A DNA stretch of 62,746 nucleotides, taken from contig JAIPHP010000004.1 of NCBI GenBank assembly GCA_021735165.1, forward strand, positions 1 through 62,746, read 5' to 3'. This DNA is from Candidatus Woesearchaeota archaeon. Lineage in GTDB: Archaea > Nanobdellota > Nanobdellia > Woesearchaeales > 21-14-0-10-32-9. The notes under the pieces are model-generated. The model saw only the letters and a list, made by a program, of their open reading frames with translations, made no database searches and was not told the origin of the DNA. The position numbers and the translations under genes were made by a program. This document shows positions 36,408-46,719 of this stretch, piece after piece (within the stretch, counting starts at the first letter, position 1; each line of letters opens with the position of its first letter).

Positions 36408-37076
36408 ATGGAAAAAATATGTATAATAATACCAGGTTTTAATGAAGAAAGACACATTGGAGAAGTTATAAAAAGAACTAAAAATAAAGGTTTTAAAAAT
36501 ATCATATTTGTTGATGATGGAAGTGATGATAAAAGTGCCAAAATCGCAGAAAAATGTGGTGCAATTGTGCTAAAACACATAATAAATCTTGGCAAAGGCG
36601 CAGCTGCTAGAACAGGATGCGAATATGCAATAGAACACAATTTTGATATCATAATATTAATGGATGCAGACGGGCAACATAAACCTGAAGACATCCCAAG
36701 ATTTTTGAATGCACTAAAAGAAAAGGATATTGTTTTTGGATATAGAAAACTTGATAAAAAAATGCCTCCGATAATGAGATTTGGAAACTGGTTTATTAAC
36801 AAAGTTTCTGAAATAGTTACGGGATTAAAGATTAAGGACACACAGTCAGGATTCAGATGTTTTTATACAAAAAAATACAAAAAAATACAATGGAACGCAA
36901 CAAATTACAGCATGGAAAGTGAAATGATTGTTAAAGTTGCAAAGAATAAACTAAAATATACAGAAATCCCTATAGATACAATATATTTGGATACATTTAA
37001 AGGAACTACTATTTTCGACGGAATCAAAGTGGTCTTAAACATTTTAAAATTTAAAATATTAGGAGGGAGAGAATGA
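36408..37076 (+). CDS. GT2 polyprenyl-phosphate glycosyltransferase (DPM1-like)
   Basis: IIPGFNEE, VDDGSDD, NLGKGAA, MDADGQH, DTQSGFR. Confidence 0.92.
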   Translation: MEKICIIIPGFNEERHIGEVIKRTKNKGFKNIIFVDDGSDDKSAKIAEKCGAIVLKHIINLGKGAAARTGCEYAIEHNFDIIILMDADGQHKPEDIPRFLNALKEKDIVFGYRKLDKKMPPIMRFGNWFINKVSEIVTGLKIKDTQSGFRCFYTKKYKKIQWNATNYSMESEMIVKVAKNKLKYTEIPIDTIYLDTFKGTTIFDGIKVVLNILKFKILGGRE

Positions 37077-37408
37077 TACCAGGAATTCAAATTATTGGAA
37101 TAATATTTGCATTAATCATGCTTTATTTTACATATGTTTATTATAAAAGAAAAAATTACGGCTACAGAAGCCTTATACTTTGGGGTATTGTGTGGCTTGG
37201 AGTCTTATTTTTAGTTACATTTCCTCAGATAGTATATGGAATAATGGGAACATTACAAATACAAAGAACTGCTGATTTCTTCGTCATGGCAGGATTTGTG
37301 TTTTTTTCCATAATAATTTTTCATCTTTATATAACTGTAAAAAAGAATAATGAGAAAATGGAAAAACTTGTAAAAAATATTGCTAAAAAAGAAAAGAAAA
37401 AATACTGA
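37073..37408 (+). CDS. DUF2304-like small membrane protein
   Basis: Three TMs followed by KMEKLVKNIA; typical partner position after a GT2 gene. Confidence 0.75.
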   Translation: MIPGIQIIGIIFALIMLYFTYVYYKRKNYGYRSLILWGIVWLGVLFLVTFPQIVYGIMGTLQIQRTADFFVMAGFVFFSIIIFHLYITVKKNNEKMEKLVKNIAKKEKKKY

Positions 37409-37423
37409 GAGGAATATTGAAAA

Positions 37424-38371
37424 ATGAAAATTTTAATTACGGGAGGAGCTGGTTTCATAGGAAGTCATTTATGTGATGTGTTTCTTTCCAAAGGGCATGA
37501 AGTTATAGCCATAGATGATCTTAGTCTCGGAAGAGAAAACAATCTACTCAACGCAAAAAAAGACCATAAATTTAGATTTATAAAGATGAATATTTTAGAA
37601 AAAAATGTCTTAGATAAATTATTCAAAGATAATAGGTTTGATATGGTCATTCATTTGGCAGCAAATTCAGATATTTTAGCAGGAACCAGCGATCTTAGAA
37701 GAGATTTGAATCTTAATTTTTTAACAACAATAAACATTCTAGAGTGTATGAAAGATAATAATGTTAAACAAATATGGTTTGCATCTACTTCAGCAATATA
37801 CGGAGAACACGAACAAAAGCTTTCTGAAAACTCAGGACCGTTGTTTCCTATTTCTTTTTATGGCGCAAGTAAGTTAAGTGCTGAAGGATACATAACTGCA
37901 TATTCACACAACTTTAATATTCAAGCATGGATATTCAGATTTCCTAATGTTGTTGGTTCTAGAGCAACACATGGTGTCATCTATAATTTATTTCATCAAC
38001 TCAAAAAAAACGATTCGGTGCTGGAACTTTTAGGAAATGGTATGCAAGAAAAACCATATCTTCACGTATCCGAGTTAATAGAAGCTATGAACATTTGTTT
38101 TGAAAAATCAAAAGAGTCATTAAATTGTTTCAATATAGGTTGTAACTCATCAACTACAGTTACAAAAATAGGTGAATTGGTAATTGATAGATACGGAAAA
38201 CATATTCCAATTAAATATGCAGGAGGAACAAGAGGTTGGAAGGGAGATGTAAAAAAATATCTTTTTGACCTTTCAAAGATAGAGACTTTAGGATGGAAAG
38301 CTAAACTAACATCAGAAGATGCAATAAAAAAAGCAGTAGACGAAATATATGAAGAGATAATAGGACTGTAA
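37424..38371 (+). CDS. NAD-dependent nucleotide-sugar epimerase/dehydratase
   Basis: TGGAGFIGS, HLAA, ASTSAIYG, YGASK, GWKGD. Confidence 0.92.
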   Translation: MKILITGGAGFIGSHLCDVFLSKGHEVIAIDDLSLGRENNLLNAKKDHKFRFIKMNILEKNVLDKLFKDNRFDMVIHLAANSDILAGTSDLRRDLNLNFLTTINILECMKDNNVKQIWFASTSAIYGEHEQKLSENSGPLFPISFYGASKLSAEGYITAYSHNFNIQAWIFRFPNVVGSRATHGVIYNLFHQLKKNDSVLELLGNGMQEKPYLHVSELIEAMNICFEKSKESLNCFNIGCNSSTTVTKIGELVIDRYGKHIPIKYAGGTRGWKGDVKKYLFDLSKIETLGWKAKLTSEDAIKKAVDEIYEEIIGL

Positions 38372-38372
38372 A

Positions 38373-40124
38373 ATGCTAGTTGAAGACGAATTAAGTCAAA
38401 AAGTTTCCGATATTAAAACAGTGGTTCTCGCTGAAGGACTGGGAACAAGACTCGGAAAGAGGACTAAAAAAGTTCCTAAACCCCTGATAAAAATAAAAGG
38501 AAAGCCTCTGCTAGAACACATTATAAACAACAGTAAACGACAAGGATTCTCAAATTTTATAATAAAAGTAGCCTATCTATCAGAAAAAATAGAAAATTAT
38601 TTTGAGAGAGGGAAAAAATGGAATTGTAAAATAAGATATATAAACAGCCCAGAGCCTACAGGCACAGCAGGAAAACTAAACTTTTTGAAAAAAGAAAAAC
38701 TTCCTGTTGTAATACTTTATGGAGACGTTCTTCTGAATTTTAACATAAAAAAAATGCTACGATTTCACATAGAAAAAGGTGCATCTGCCACACTCGCAGT
38801 ACACACATCTAAACATCCTGAAGATAGTGATGTTGTCTCACTTGACAAAAGTGGAAGAATAAAAAAAATGATTCATAAACCGGGAAACACAAAATATGGA
38901 AATATTACTAATGCAGGATTATACATACTTAATCCTGAATGCTTTAAAAACATTCCAAACAAAGACCTACCTGATTTTGGAAAGACAATTCTACCTGAAT
39001 TGATAAAAAAAGATTTCAAAGTATTTGGATATTTTTCTGATGAATACATGAAGGATGTTGGAACCGAAGAAAGATTGAAGGAAGCAGTAAAGCACATATT
39101 AGAAACATTAAAGCGAAACAATATTAGCGGAGAAGTAATAGTTGTGGACAATGATTCTAGTGATAGAACTGGAGAATTTGCCAAAAAAAGTGGTGCTAAA
39201 GTTATACTTCAAAAAAAAAGGGGTTATGGAAACGCCATAAGAAAAGGATTCGAAGAATGCAATGGAGAATATGCTCTGTGTATGGATCCTGATGAAAGCT
39301 ACGACATAAAAACAATACCCCTTATGCTAAAAACATTGAAAAAGGGATATGGTTATGTTAATGCAAACAGGTTTGCTAATATGCAAGAAGGATCAATGCA
39401 TAAAAGCCACATAATAGGAAACAAAATAATAAATTTTTTGGGAAATTTTTTCTTTAGAACAAAAGGAAAAGATATGCTTAGCGGATTTAAAGGCTTTGAA
39501 AATAAAACTCTAAAAAAAATGAATTTGAAGGCGCCAAGATGGGATTTAAATATAGAGATACAATCAAAGCTTAGAAAGAACAATATAAAATATACAGAAA
39601 TACCCACCAAGTACTACAAAAGAGGAGGAGAATCAAAATTATCAGGAATACGTGCAGGCTGGAACAACTTAAGATATATGCTATTATATTCTCCGAGAGC
39701 AATATTTTTTCTTCCATCACTTATTTTAATAATACTGAGTGGGACTGGAATGATTTTGTCAATTATCGGTTTTTTTGGTATGGTTGCGATGATATTATTT
39801 TCTCTACTTTACTATTTAGGCGTCCAGACACTATTATTAAGCAACATATCCCAACTTCAGTTACATAAAAGAGAAAAATTAGAACTGAAAGGTGTAATTA
39901 GAACTATCGCGGGTAAAAGTCTTGAGAAAATACTAGCGGTAGCAGGCGGATTCTTTATCATAAGCGTAATAGGATTTTTGACTATATTTATCAAATGGAT
40001 ACATACAGGAGTACTAAGCCCTGAATATGTAGTACTTGGACTGTTATTTTTTGATATATTTATAACCGGATTCTCTTTAGGAATATACAGTCTCATTCAA
40101 GAACAAATACTAATAGGTGATTAA
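38373..40124 (+). CDS. Fusion: sugar-phosphate nucleotidyltransferase plus GT2 glycosyltransferase with TM C-terminus
   Basis: LAEGLGTRL...PKPL, GTAG, YGD, KDVGT then EVIVVDNDSSD, RGYG, MDPDESY, DMLSGF. Confidence 0.85.
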   Translation: MLVEDELSQKVSDIKTVVLAEGLGTRLGKRTKKVPKPLIKIKGKPLLEHIINNSKRQGFSNFIIKVAYLSEKIENYFERGKKWNCKIRYINSPEPTGTAGKLNFLKKEKLPVVILYGDVLLNFNIKKMLRFHIEKGASATLAVHTSKHPEDSDVVSLDKSGRIKKMIHKPGNTKYGNITNAGLYILNPECFKNIPNKDLPDFGKTILPELIKKDFKVFGYFSDEYMKDVGTEERLKEAVKHILETLKRNNISGEVIVVDNDSSDRTGEFAKKSGAKVILQKKRGYGNAIRKGFEECNGEYALCMDPDESYDIKTIPLMLKTLKKGYGYVNANRFANMQEGSMHKSHIIGNKIINFLGNFFFRTKGKDMLSGFKGFENKTLKKMNLKAPRWDLNIEIQSKLRKNNIKYTEIPTKYYKRGGESKLSGIRAGWNNLRYMLLYSPRAIFFLPSLILIILSGTGMILSIIGFFGMVAMILFSLLYYLGVQTLLLSNISQLQLHKREKLELKGVIRTIAGKSLEKILAVAGGFFIISVIGFLTIFIKWIHTGVLSPEYVVLGLLFFDIFITGFSLGIYSLIQEQILIGD

Positions 40125-40128
40125 TAAT

Positions 40129-40770
40129 ATGGAAACCAAGAAAATAATAGATACATGCCCAGAATACGAAAATAAAAATCCGATTATAAGAAAGCTTTTT
40201 TGGAATAGGATTAATTATGCTGTTGAACTTAGCAAACTAGAGGAAAATGCCCAAAAAAATCTCAAGATATTGGATGTTGGCTGTGGAAGAGCAAAATTGT
40301 TTGAAAGAATTAACAAAAAAAGAAATAAATTTTCATTTAATGGAATTGATATGAACGAAGATATATCTAAACTTAAAATAAAAAATGCCAAGTTTAAAGT
40401 AATAAAACCTGAATCTTCTAAGTATCCATTTAGCAAAAACACGTTTGATGCCGCCTTTGCGCTTGATTGTTTTGAACACATAAAAGACTTAAGGAAAGAA
40501 ATAAAAAAAATGAAAGACGTACTGAAGCCTGAAGGAATATTTATAATAAGTGGACCCACTGAAACAGTTTTCTATAGACTTTCAAGACTTATAATGAAAG
40601 GAACCTGGCTAGAAGTATACGAGGGGGAAATACACCACCATACAATATATCAGATTAGAGACGCATTAAAAGATGAAGGATTCAAACTACTGGAAAGAAA
40701 AACTCTTCCCTTCAAGTTGCTTCCCTTTTTTGAAATATATTCATTCAGGCTAGGAGGTAAAAATGAGTGA
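40129..40770 (+). CDS. Class I SAM-dependent methyltransferase
   Basis: ILDVGCG, FDAAFALDCFEH, LKPEG. Confidence 0.9.
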   Translation: METKKIIDTCPEYENKNPIIRKLFWNRINYAVELSKLEENAQKNLKILDVGCGRAKLFERINKKRNKFSFNGIDMNEDISKLKIKNAKFKVIKPESSKYPFSKNTFDAAFALDCFEHIKDLRKEIKKMKDVLKPEGIFIISGPTETVFYRLSRLIMKGTWLEVYEGEIHHHTIYQIRDALKDEGFKLLERKTLPFKLLPFFEIYSFRLGGKNE

Positions 40771-42625
40771 AGCACTCAGCATAATATACTTTTTTGCAAC
40801 CATTTATTTGTATGGCTTTGCAGCAAACAAAATATTTTCATTCAGTAATTTAATTGATAAACAAATATATGTGGAACTAGCTAAACTTTGTGTTGGATTC
40901 GGATTATACAACTTGTTTATATTTGTGTTTGGATTACTCAACATTCCTTTAATGCCTCTTCTTATACTAATTCCTCCTGTTCTAGTTATGCTGGTATATT
41001 TAATCATAGCTCAAAAAGGAAAAATAAATTTGTCGTTAGAATCTCTAAACATATTAAAGAGCGAGAAAAAAACAATTCCCCTAATTCTGATTGTGTGTTC
41101 AGTTGTTGCATTTGTTTTGTTATTGACGGGTTCTTTTTCATATCCATATCTGGAAGATGGTGACCCTTGGGCATATGCTTCTGGAGCAGAATATGTGTCC
41201 CAATTCCACACATATAAAACTGAGGATCCTGCCTTATCATATAATTTTTATCTATTTCCGCACAGTACCCCGACTTTAACAGCACATTATGGCCTGATAT
41301 TCCAGATAACTTCGAACAATTATTGGGCAATGAAATTTTTCATAAATGTATACATCTGGATTGCGTTTATATCTGTATTCCTGTTCGTATATATTCTTAC
41401 AAAAAAGGAGCTTCAAGCACTCATATCTTCATTAATACTGATGATTGTTCCTTCATTCATAGGTCATTTTATTTTTAATTATACTCTGGCAATATCTTTG
41501 TTGTGTGTGATGTTAATAGGACTAGCACTAGCTAAAACATCAAAAAAGCAAACTGTATTGGCTGCTCTGTTGCTCGCTTCTGTTCTTATGAGCCATCAAA
41601 TAGTTGCGATACAAGCAGGAATAATAACAATATTATTCTTTTTGGTTATACTATATGAAGAATTTGTTGTTGAAAAGAAAAAAGAAATTTTTAAAACAAA
41701 AGCAGCAACCATTTTTCTCGTAGGAATTCTTGCAATAATGCTGTGTTTAATATATTATGGAGATTTTATAGGGAGTGTTGATGTGAATTCATGGTATCAA
41801 GACAGAGCTAGTTCTTTTATAAGTTTTAGTGAAGGATCTATAACATACGATCTAGAACCCAATCCTTTGTCTGAGTTTTTTATTGCAAAAAATGTTTCGA
41901 GGATGGACCAACAAGAAGGTATTGGTTTGCTGCTATTCTCAATATGTTTACTTGCAATACCATTTATGTATTTTTACAGAAAACAAAAAAATAAGAACCA
42001 CACATTCTATGCTTTAATGTTTTTATTCTATCTTGTGTTTCTTTGGATCCTTACCGGAGGAATATTTAAATTTAGTGTTCAAAACTATAGATGGTGGTCT
42101 GTTATGGCTATAGGCGTTGCATTAATAGCGGGTTGGTTTTTGTATTCTCTGTGGACTCAACTTAGAAAGAAACCTGCAGCACTTATAACTCTATTCGTTC
42201 TAATTGCAATAGGACTCATAGTTACATCTGCAATACCGAGATATACTGTACAAAGATCTTACTGGGGGCCTGGAGTTCAATGGACATCTAATGAAGAGCT
42301 TGTAGGCTATGTTGAATTAAAAACTCTTCCTGATGAAACTCCTGTTTATAGTGCTTGTCAGGAACAAAAAACGGTCATCGCAATGAACAAGGAAAGTTAT
42401 CCTTGGATACAAGAAGTGAGAGATTATGATGCGATAAACAAAAGCACCGAAAATACATACAACTTCCTAAGAAAGTATGAATATGAATATATTATATTCA
42501 GCTCTAAATGTGCAGCAGATTATGGACCAGATGCAACAAACAGCAAACTACAAGAAGTGTCTAAAGACAGTAGATTCCAATTAATAAGAAGGAATAACGG
42601 TTTTTTACTTTTTAAGATACTATGA
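40763..42625 (+). CDS. Polytopic membrane protein, probable GT-C glycosyltransferase
   Basis: More than 10 TMs; first luminal loop EDGDPWAY acidic motif; soluble C-terminal domain; located in the glycan locus. Confidence 0.65.
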   Translation: MSEALSIIYFFATIYLYGFAANKIFSFSNLIDKQIYVELAKLCVGFGLYNLFIFVFGLLNIPLMPLLILIPPVLVMLVYLIIAQKGKINLSLESLNILKSEKKTIPLILIVCSVVAFVLLLTGSFSYPYLEDGDPWAYASGAEYVSQFHTYKTEDPALSYNFYLFPHSTPTLTAHYGLIFQITSNNYWAMKFFINVYIWIAFISVFLFVYILTKKELQALISSLILMIVPSFIGHFIFNYTLAISLLCVMLIGLALAKTSKKQTVLAALLLASVLMSHQIVAIQAGIITILFFLVILYEEFVVEKKKEIFKTKAATIFLVGILAIMLCLIYYGDFIGSVDVNSWYQDRASSFISFSEGSITYDLEPNPLSEFFIAKNVSRMDQQEGIGLLLFSICLLAIPFMYFYRKQKNKNHTFYALMFLFYLVFLWILTGGIFKFSVQNYRWWSVMAIGVALIAGWFLYSLWTQLRKKPAALITLFVLIAIGLIVTSAIPRYTVQRSYWGPGVQWTSNEELVGYVELKTLPDETPVYSACQEQKTVIAMNKESYPWIQEVRDYDAINKSTENTYNFLRKYEYEYIIFSSKCAADYGPDATNSKLQEVSKDSRFQLIRRNNGFLLFKIL

Positions 42626-43764
42626 ACAAAAAAATCCTTATTTACGCGACGCATTTCCATCCATATAAAGGCGGTTTGGAAAACTTTGCATTAAGCCTTG
42701 CAACTAGATTTGCAAAGAGAGGGCATTCTGTCAATATTTTTACATACAATCTGGACAATCTTAAGGAAATAGAAAAATATAAAGGTGTAAACATATACAG
42801 ATTGCCATGCATAACTATTCTTGGAAGAACTTACACTTTGCCTAAATTTGGAAAAACTTATTCAGAATTGTTAGAAAATGTTTTGAATCAAAAATATGAT
42901 GCAGTATTTACTAATACTCGTTTTTTTACCACATCCTGGCTTGGCGCAGCGTATATGAAAAGAGTTAGGAACACCAATAAATCAGCAAAATTCTATCACA
43001 TAGAACATGGAAATGTTCATGTTATTCACAAGAATCCTATTGTAACTGCTCTAGCTTGGATTTATGATCAGAGTGTTGGCAGGTATATTTTCAGAAAGGC
43101 TGACAAAGTTATTGGGATATCTACTCCTTGTGCTGACTTTGCCAAAAAATTAGGCGCCAAAAAAACAACAGTTATCTACAATTCCATAGATACTAAGCAA
43201 TTCAAACAAGTAAACACTAATCTAAAACAAAAATTAAATATAAAAAAAGAAGATTTTGTTGTAATAAATGGTATTGGTCGCTTAATCTATGCAAAAGGAT
43301 TACAAGACACTTATGAAGCAGTAAAAAATATGAAAAATGTTTTTGTTATAACAATAGGAGAAGGTCCATTTGAAGAAAATCTTAAAGATTTAGCGAAAAA
43401 GCTTGATGTAAAAACAAAATTTACAGGAAGACTTAATACAAAAGAAATAATAGAATATTTAAGTATAGCAGATATTTTCATAAATCCATCTTATTCTGAA
43501 GGACTACCAACATGTGTTCTTGAAGCAGGAGCGATGGGTTTACCAGTAATTGCAACTGATGTTGGAGGAACAAAAGAGATAATAAAAAACAAAAAAAATG
43601 GTTGGCTTATAAATCCTAAAGACATACAAACAATAAAGAATCTTGTAGACGAAATAATAAAAAATAGAGCGGATGCTAAAAAGAAAGGTGAAAATTTAAA
43701 AAAGCACATAAAAACAAATTTTGACTGGAATAAGAACATAAAAAGATTTGAGGAACTGTTATGA
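42622..43764 (+). CDS. GT4 glycosyltransferase
   Basis: GGLEN, GIGRLIYAKG, SEGLPTCVLEAGAMG (E-x7-E), TDVGG. Confidence 0.92.
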   Translation: MNKKILIYATHFHPYKGGLENFALSLATRFAKRGHSVNIFTYNLDNLKEIEKYKGVNIYRLPCITILGRTYTLPKFGKTYSELLENVLNQKYDAVFTNTRFFTTSWLGAAYMKRVRNTNKSAKFYHIEHGNVHVIHKNPIVTALAWIYDQSVGRYIFRKADKVIGISTPCADFAKKLGAKKTTVIYNSIDTKQFKQVNTNLKQKLNIKKEDFVVINGIGRLIYAKGLQDTYEAVKNMKNVFVITIGEGPFEENLKDLAKKLDVKTKFTGRLNTKEIIEYLSIADIFINPSYSEGLPTCVLEAGAMGLPVIATDVGGTKEIIKNKKNGWLINPKDIQTIKNLVDEIIKNRADAKKKGENLKKHIKTNFDWNKNIKRFEELL

Positions 43765-44840
43765 AAAAAATTTTTTTCTTGATAAACTCGCTTGAAATGG
43801 GTGGTGCAGAAAGAGTTATAACGAACATATTTCCAGAACTAAGTAAAAAATTTGACGTTACAATTATAACTCTTAAAGAAGGCAAATTCTACGATTTTGA
43901 TGAAGTCAAAATAGAGAGTCTTTCAAAATCAAATAGCAACAAATCTATGTTTTTGAACTTTCCAAAATATGTCTATAAAATCAAAAAAATTAAGAAATTA
44001 TATCCTGAAGCAAAAGTTGTAAGTTTCTTAGAAATTGCGAACTTTGTAAATATTTTGGGAAATAAGGAAGCTGTTATATCGTTCAGAACAAATCTTGATT
44101 TTTTTAAGAAAAGTACATTAAAAAATAGTATTTACAAATTTCTTATAAGAAAGCTTTATCCTAAAGCGAAGAAAATTATTGTGAATTCCGAGGAAAATAG
44201 ATTGAAGTTTTCAAAAGAATTAGCTATGGATAAAAACAAAATATTTACAATTTACAATCCATTCATAAAAGACGATGTTAAGCTTGATGATGATATTTTA
44301 AAAATTATCAATAACAAAATAGTTTATGTTACAGTGGGCAGGCTGATTCCTTCTAAAAATCCTAAGTTATTAATTAGTAACTTTTTACAAAACTGCAAAC
44401 CTAAAGATATATTGCTTATAGTTGGCGATGGCCCTGAAAAGGAAAAACTCGAATATGTTTTTAACTCAGATAAAATTGCGTTTTTAGGAAAAAGAAAGTG
44501 CGTTCAAGCAATTCTTTCAAAATCAGATTATTTTATTTATGCATCAGAAGTAGAAGGTTTTCCAAATACTTTAATTGAAGCAATGTTTGCAGGACTTCCT
44601 ATAATAACAACAGATTTTAAGACAGGTGCTAGGGAAATCATAGATCCTGAACTTAGCTTTACAAAGAAAATAAAATATCCTTATTTCGGACCTAATGGGT
44701 GTCTTGTCAGTCTGAAAAACTATGGACAAGATATGGTCAAAGCTTTTAAAAATTTAGATAAAATAAAACAGGAACAAAAAAGCAAATACCTATTTGAGAA
44801 AAAAGAGACAATTAAAAAATGGAGTCTTTTACTTAAGTGA
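43761..44840 (+). CDS. GT4 glycosyltransferase
   Basis: GGAERV, VGRL..SKN, EGFPNTLIEAMFAG. Confidence 0.92.
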   Translation: MKKIFFLINSLEMGGAERVITNIFPELSKKFDVTIITLKEGKFYDFDEVKIESLSKSNSNKSMFLNFPKYVYKIKKIKKLYPEAKVVSFLEIANFVNILGNKEAVISFRTNLDFFKKSTLKNSIYKFLIRKLYPKAKKIIVNSEENRLKFSKELAMDKNKIFTIYNPFIKDDVKLDDDILKIINNKIVYVTVGRLIPSKNPKLLISNFLQNCKPKDILLIVGDGPEKEKLEYVFNSDKIAFLGKRKCVQAILSKSDYFIYASEVEGFPNTLIEAMFAGLPIITTDFKTGAREIIDPELSFTKKIKYPYFGPNGCLVSLKNYGQDMVKAFKNLDKIKQEQKSKYLFEKKETIKKWSLLLK

Positions 44841-44844
44841 TATT

Positions 44845-46719
44845 ATGTGTGGAATTAACGGATTTAATTGGAAAGATGAAAAACTTGTTAGTGCAATGAA
44901 TACTACAATAAAACACAGAGGCCCTGATGACTCTGGTAAATTCATTTCAGATACAGTTACTTTAGGACATGTAAGGCTGTCAATTCTTGATTTAAGCGAG
45001 AAAGGACACCAGCCAATGGGTATTAATAAGGATTTGTTAATATATAAAGACAATAAACTCGAAACTGCAGATTATGTTGTTGTATACAACGGAGAAATTT
45101 ATAATTTTGAAGAAATTAATAAAAGACTCAATTGTAAATTAGAATCGAGCTGCGATACAGAAACTCTTCTTAGAGCATATGAAAAATGGGGTGTTGATTG
45201 TGTTAAAGAATTCAATGGAATGTGGGCGTTTTGTATTTATGACAAAAAAAAGAACATTTTATTTTGTTCAAGAGATCGTCTAGGACAGAAGCCTTTTCAT
45301 TATTATTATAATAAAAATAATTTTGCTTTTAGTTCAGAACTAAAAGGCTTACTTAAGATTCCTCAAAATTTTAAAACAGCTGTTTCCAAAGAAGCGTTGG
45401 AACTATATTTTACTCTTGGCTTCATACCCTCGCCTTTGACGATATATGAAAACAATTTCAAATTAGAAGCAGGACACAATTTAATTTTTGATTTGAAAAA
45501 AAATACTTTGAAAAAAATAACATACTATGAACCGTCAAAGTTCAAACCTGAACATAATAAAAAGAAGCTTATTTTAGAGGGCAGAAAAATATTTTCTGAA
45601 GCGACAAGACTGCGAATGATTGCAGATGTACCTGTAGGTGCCTTCCTTTCAGGAGGACTTGATTCTAGCGCTGTTGTGGGAGAAATGAGAAAGAATACTA
45701 AGGCCAAGAATCTTAATACATTTAGCATTGGCTTTGATAAGGAGTATGATGAAACAAAATATATTGATCTAGTTAAGAGGTTCTACAAAACCAAACACCA
45801 TCACCACTATTTCAAAAGAAAAGACTTTGAAAATCTTATTGAAACATATTCAGAAAGCTATGATGAACCCTTCGCGGATTATTCTGGATTTCCAACACTA
45901 AAAGTCTCAGAAATGGCTAGAAAGCACGTAACTGTTGCACTATCAGGAGATGGTGGAGATGAAATTTTTGGCGGTTACAATATGCATAAAATGGGAGCTC
46001 AGATGGATCTGCTTAGTAAATTACCCAGATTTGTAAGAAAGATTATTGCAAAACTTCCAATAAAGGAAAATATTGGCTCTATGGCTTCATTTTATCTACT
46101 AAAAGAAGCAGCATCATTATCCCTTTATCCAAAAGAAGAATTCTATGCTAAGGCTCTAGCAAAAAATAAGTTAAAGAGTAAAGCATTTGATGAATGGACC
46201 AAAAGAACTCTTAAAGAGTCTTTAACAAAAACAGATGGCTCATACGCTGAAATGCTCAGATATCATGATTTGATGTATAATACGCTAGGAGATAAATTCC
46301 TCGTCAAGGTAGATAGAGCCTCGATGCAATACGCTTTAGAAGTAAGAAGTCCCTTTTTAGACTACAGATTTGTGGAATTTGCTCAGAAAATACCTGTAAA
46401 ATGGAAAGCTACTGTATTTAAAACCAAGATACTTATGAGAGACATTATAAAAGACAATGTTCCGAAGGAAATACTTAATAGAGGAAAACAAGGATTTACC
46501 CCGCCACTAGATAAATGGATTCTTGACAAGAAATATGAACCAGTCCTAAAAAGCGGTTTAAAATCGCTTGAAACAATACATCCTGAAATTGCTAAATACT
46601 ATAAAGAAAAGGTTTTTAAAGAATATAAAAAGAACACAAAACAACAAGAAAAAAACAGAATAGTCATAAACAATAAAATAAAACTATTCATCTTTCAAAA
46701 ATGGCTCAAACAAAATTAA
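44845..46719 (+). CDS. asnB: Asparagine synthase-family glutamine amidotransferase (likely glycan amidation)
   Basis: MCGI N-terminal nucleophile, HRGPD, YNGEIYN, RDRLGQKP, LSGGLDSS, SGDGGDE. Confidence 0.93.
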   Translation: MCGINGFNWKDEKLVSAMNTTIKHRGPDDSGKFISDTVTLGHVRLSILDLSEKGHQPMGINKDLLIYKDNKLETADYVVVYNGEIYNFEEINKRLNCKLESSCDTETLLRAYEKWGVDCVKEFNGMWAFCIYDKKKNILFCSRDRLGQKPFHYYYNKNNFAFSSELKGLLKIPQNFKTAVSKEALELYFTLGFIPSPLTIYENNFKLEAGHNLIFDLKKNTLKKITYYEPSKFKPEHNKKKLILEGRKIFSEATRLRMIADVPVGAFLSGGLDSSAVVGEMRKNTKAKNLNTFSIGFDKEYDETKYIDLVKRFYKTKHHHHYFKRKDFENLIETYSESYDEPFADYSGFPTLKVSEMARKHVTVALSGDGGDEIFGGYNMHKMGAQMDLLSKLPRFVRKIIAKLPIKENIGSMASFYLLKEAASLSLYPKEEFYAKALAKNKLKSKAFDEWTKRTLKESLTKTDGSYAEMLRYHDLMYNTLGDKFLVKVDRASMQYALEVRSPFLDYRFVEFAQKIPVKWKATVFKTKILMRDIIKDNVPKEILNRGKQGFTPPLDKWILDKKYEPVLKSGLKSLETIHPEIAKYYKEKVFKEYKKNTKQQEKNRIVINNKIKLFIFQKWLKQN

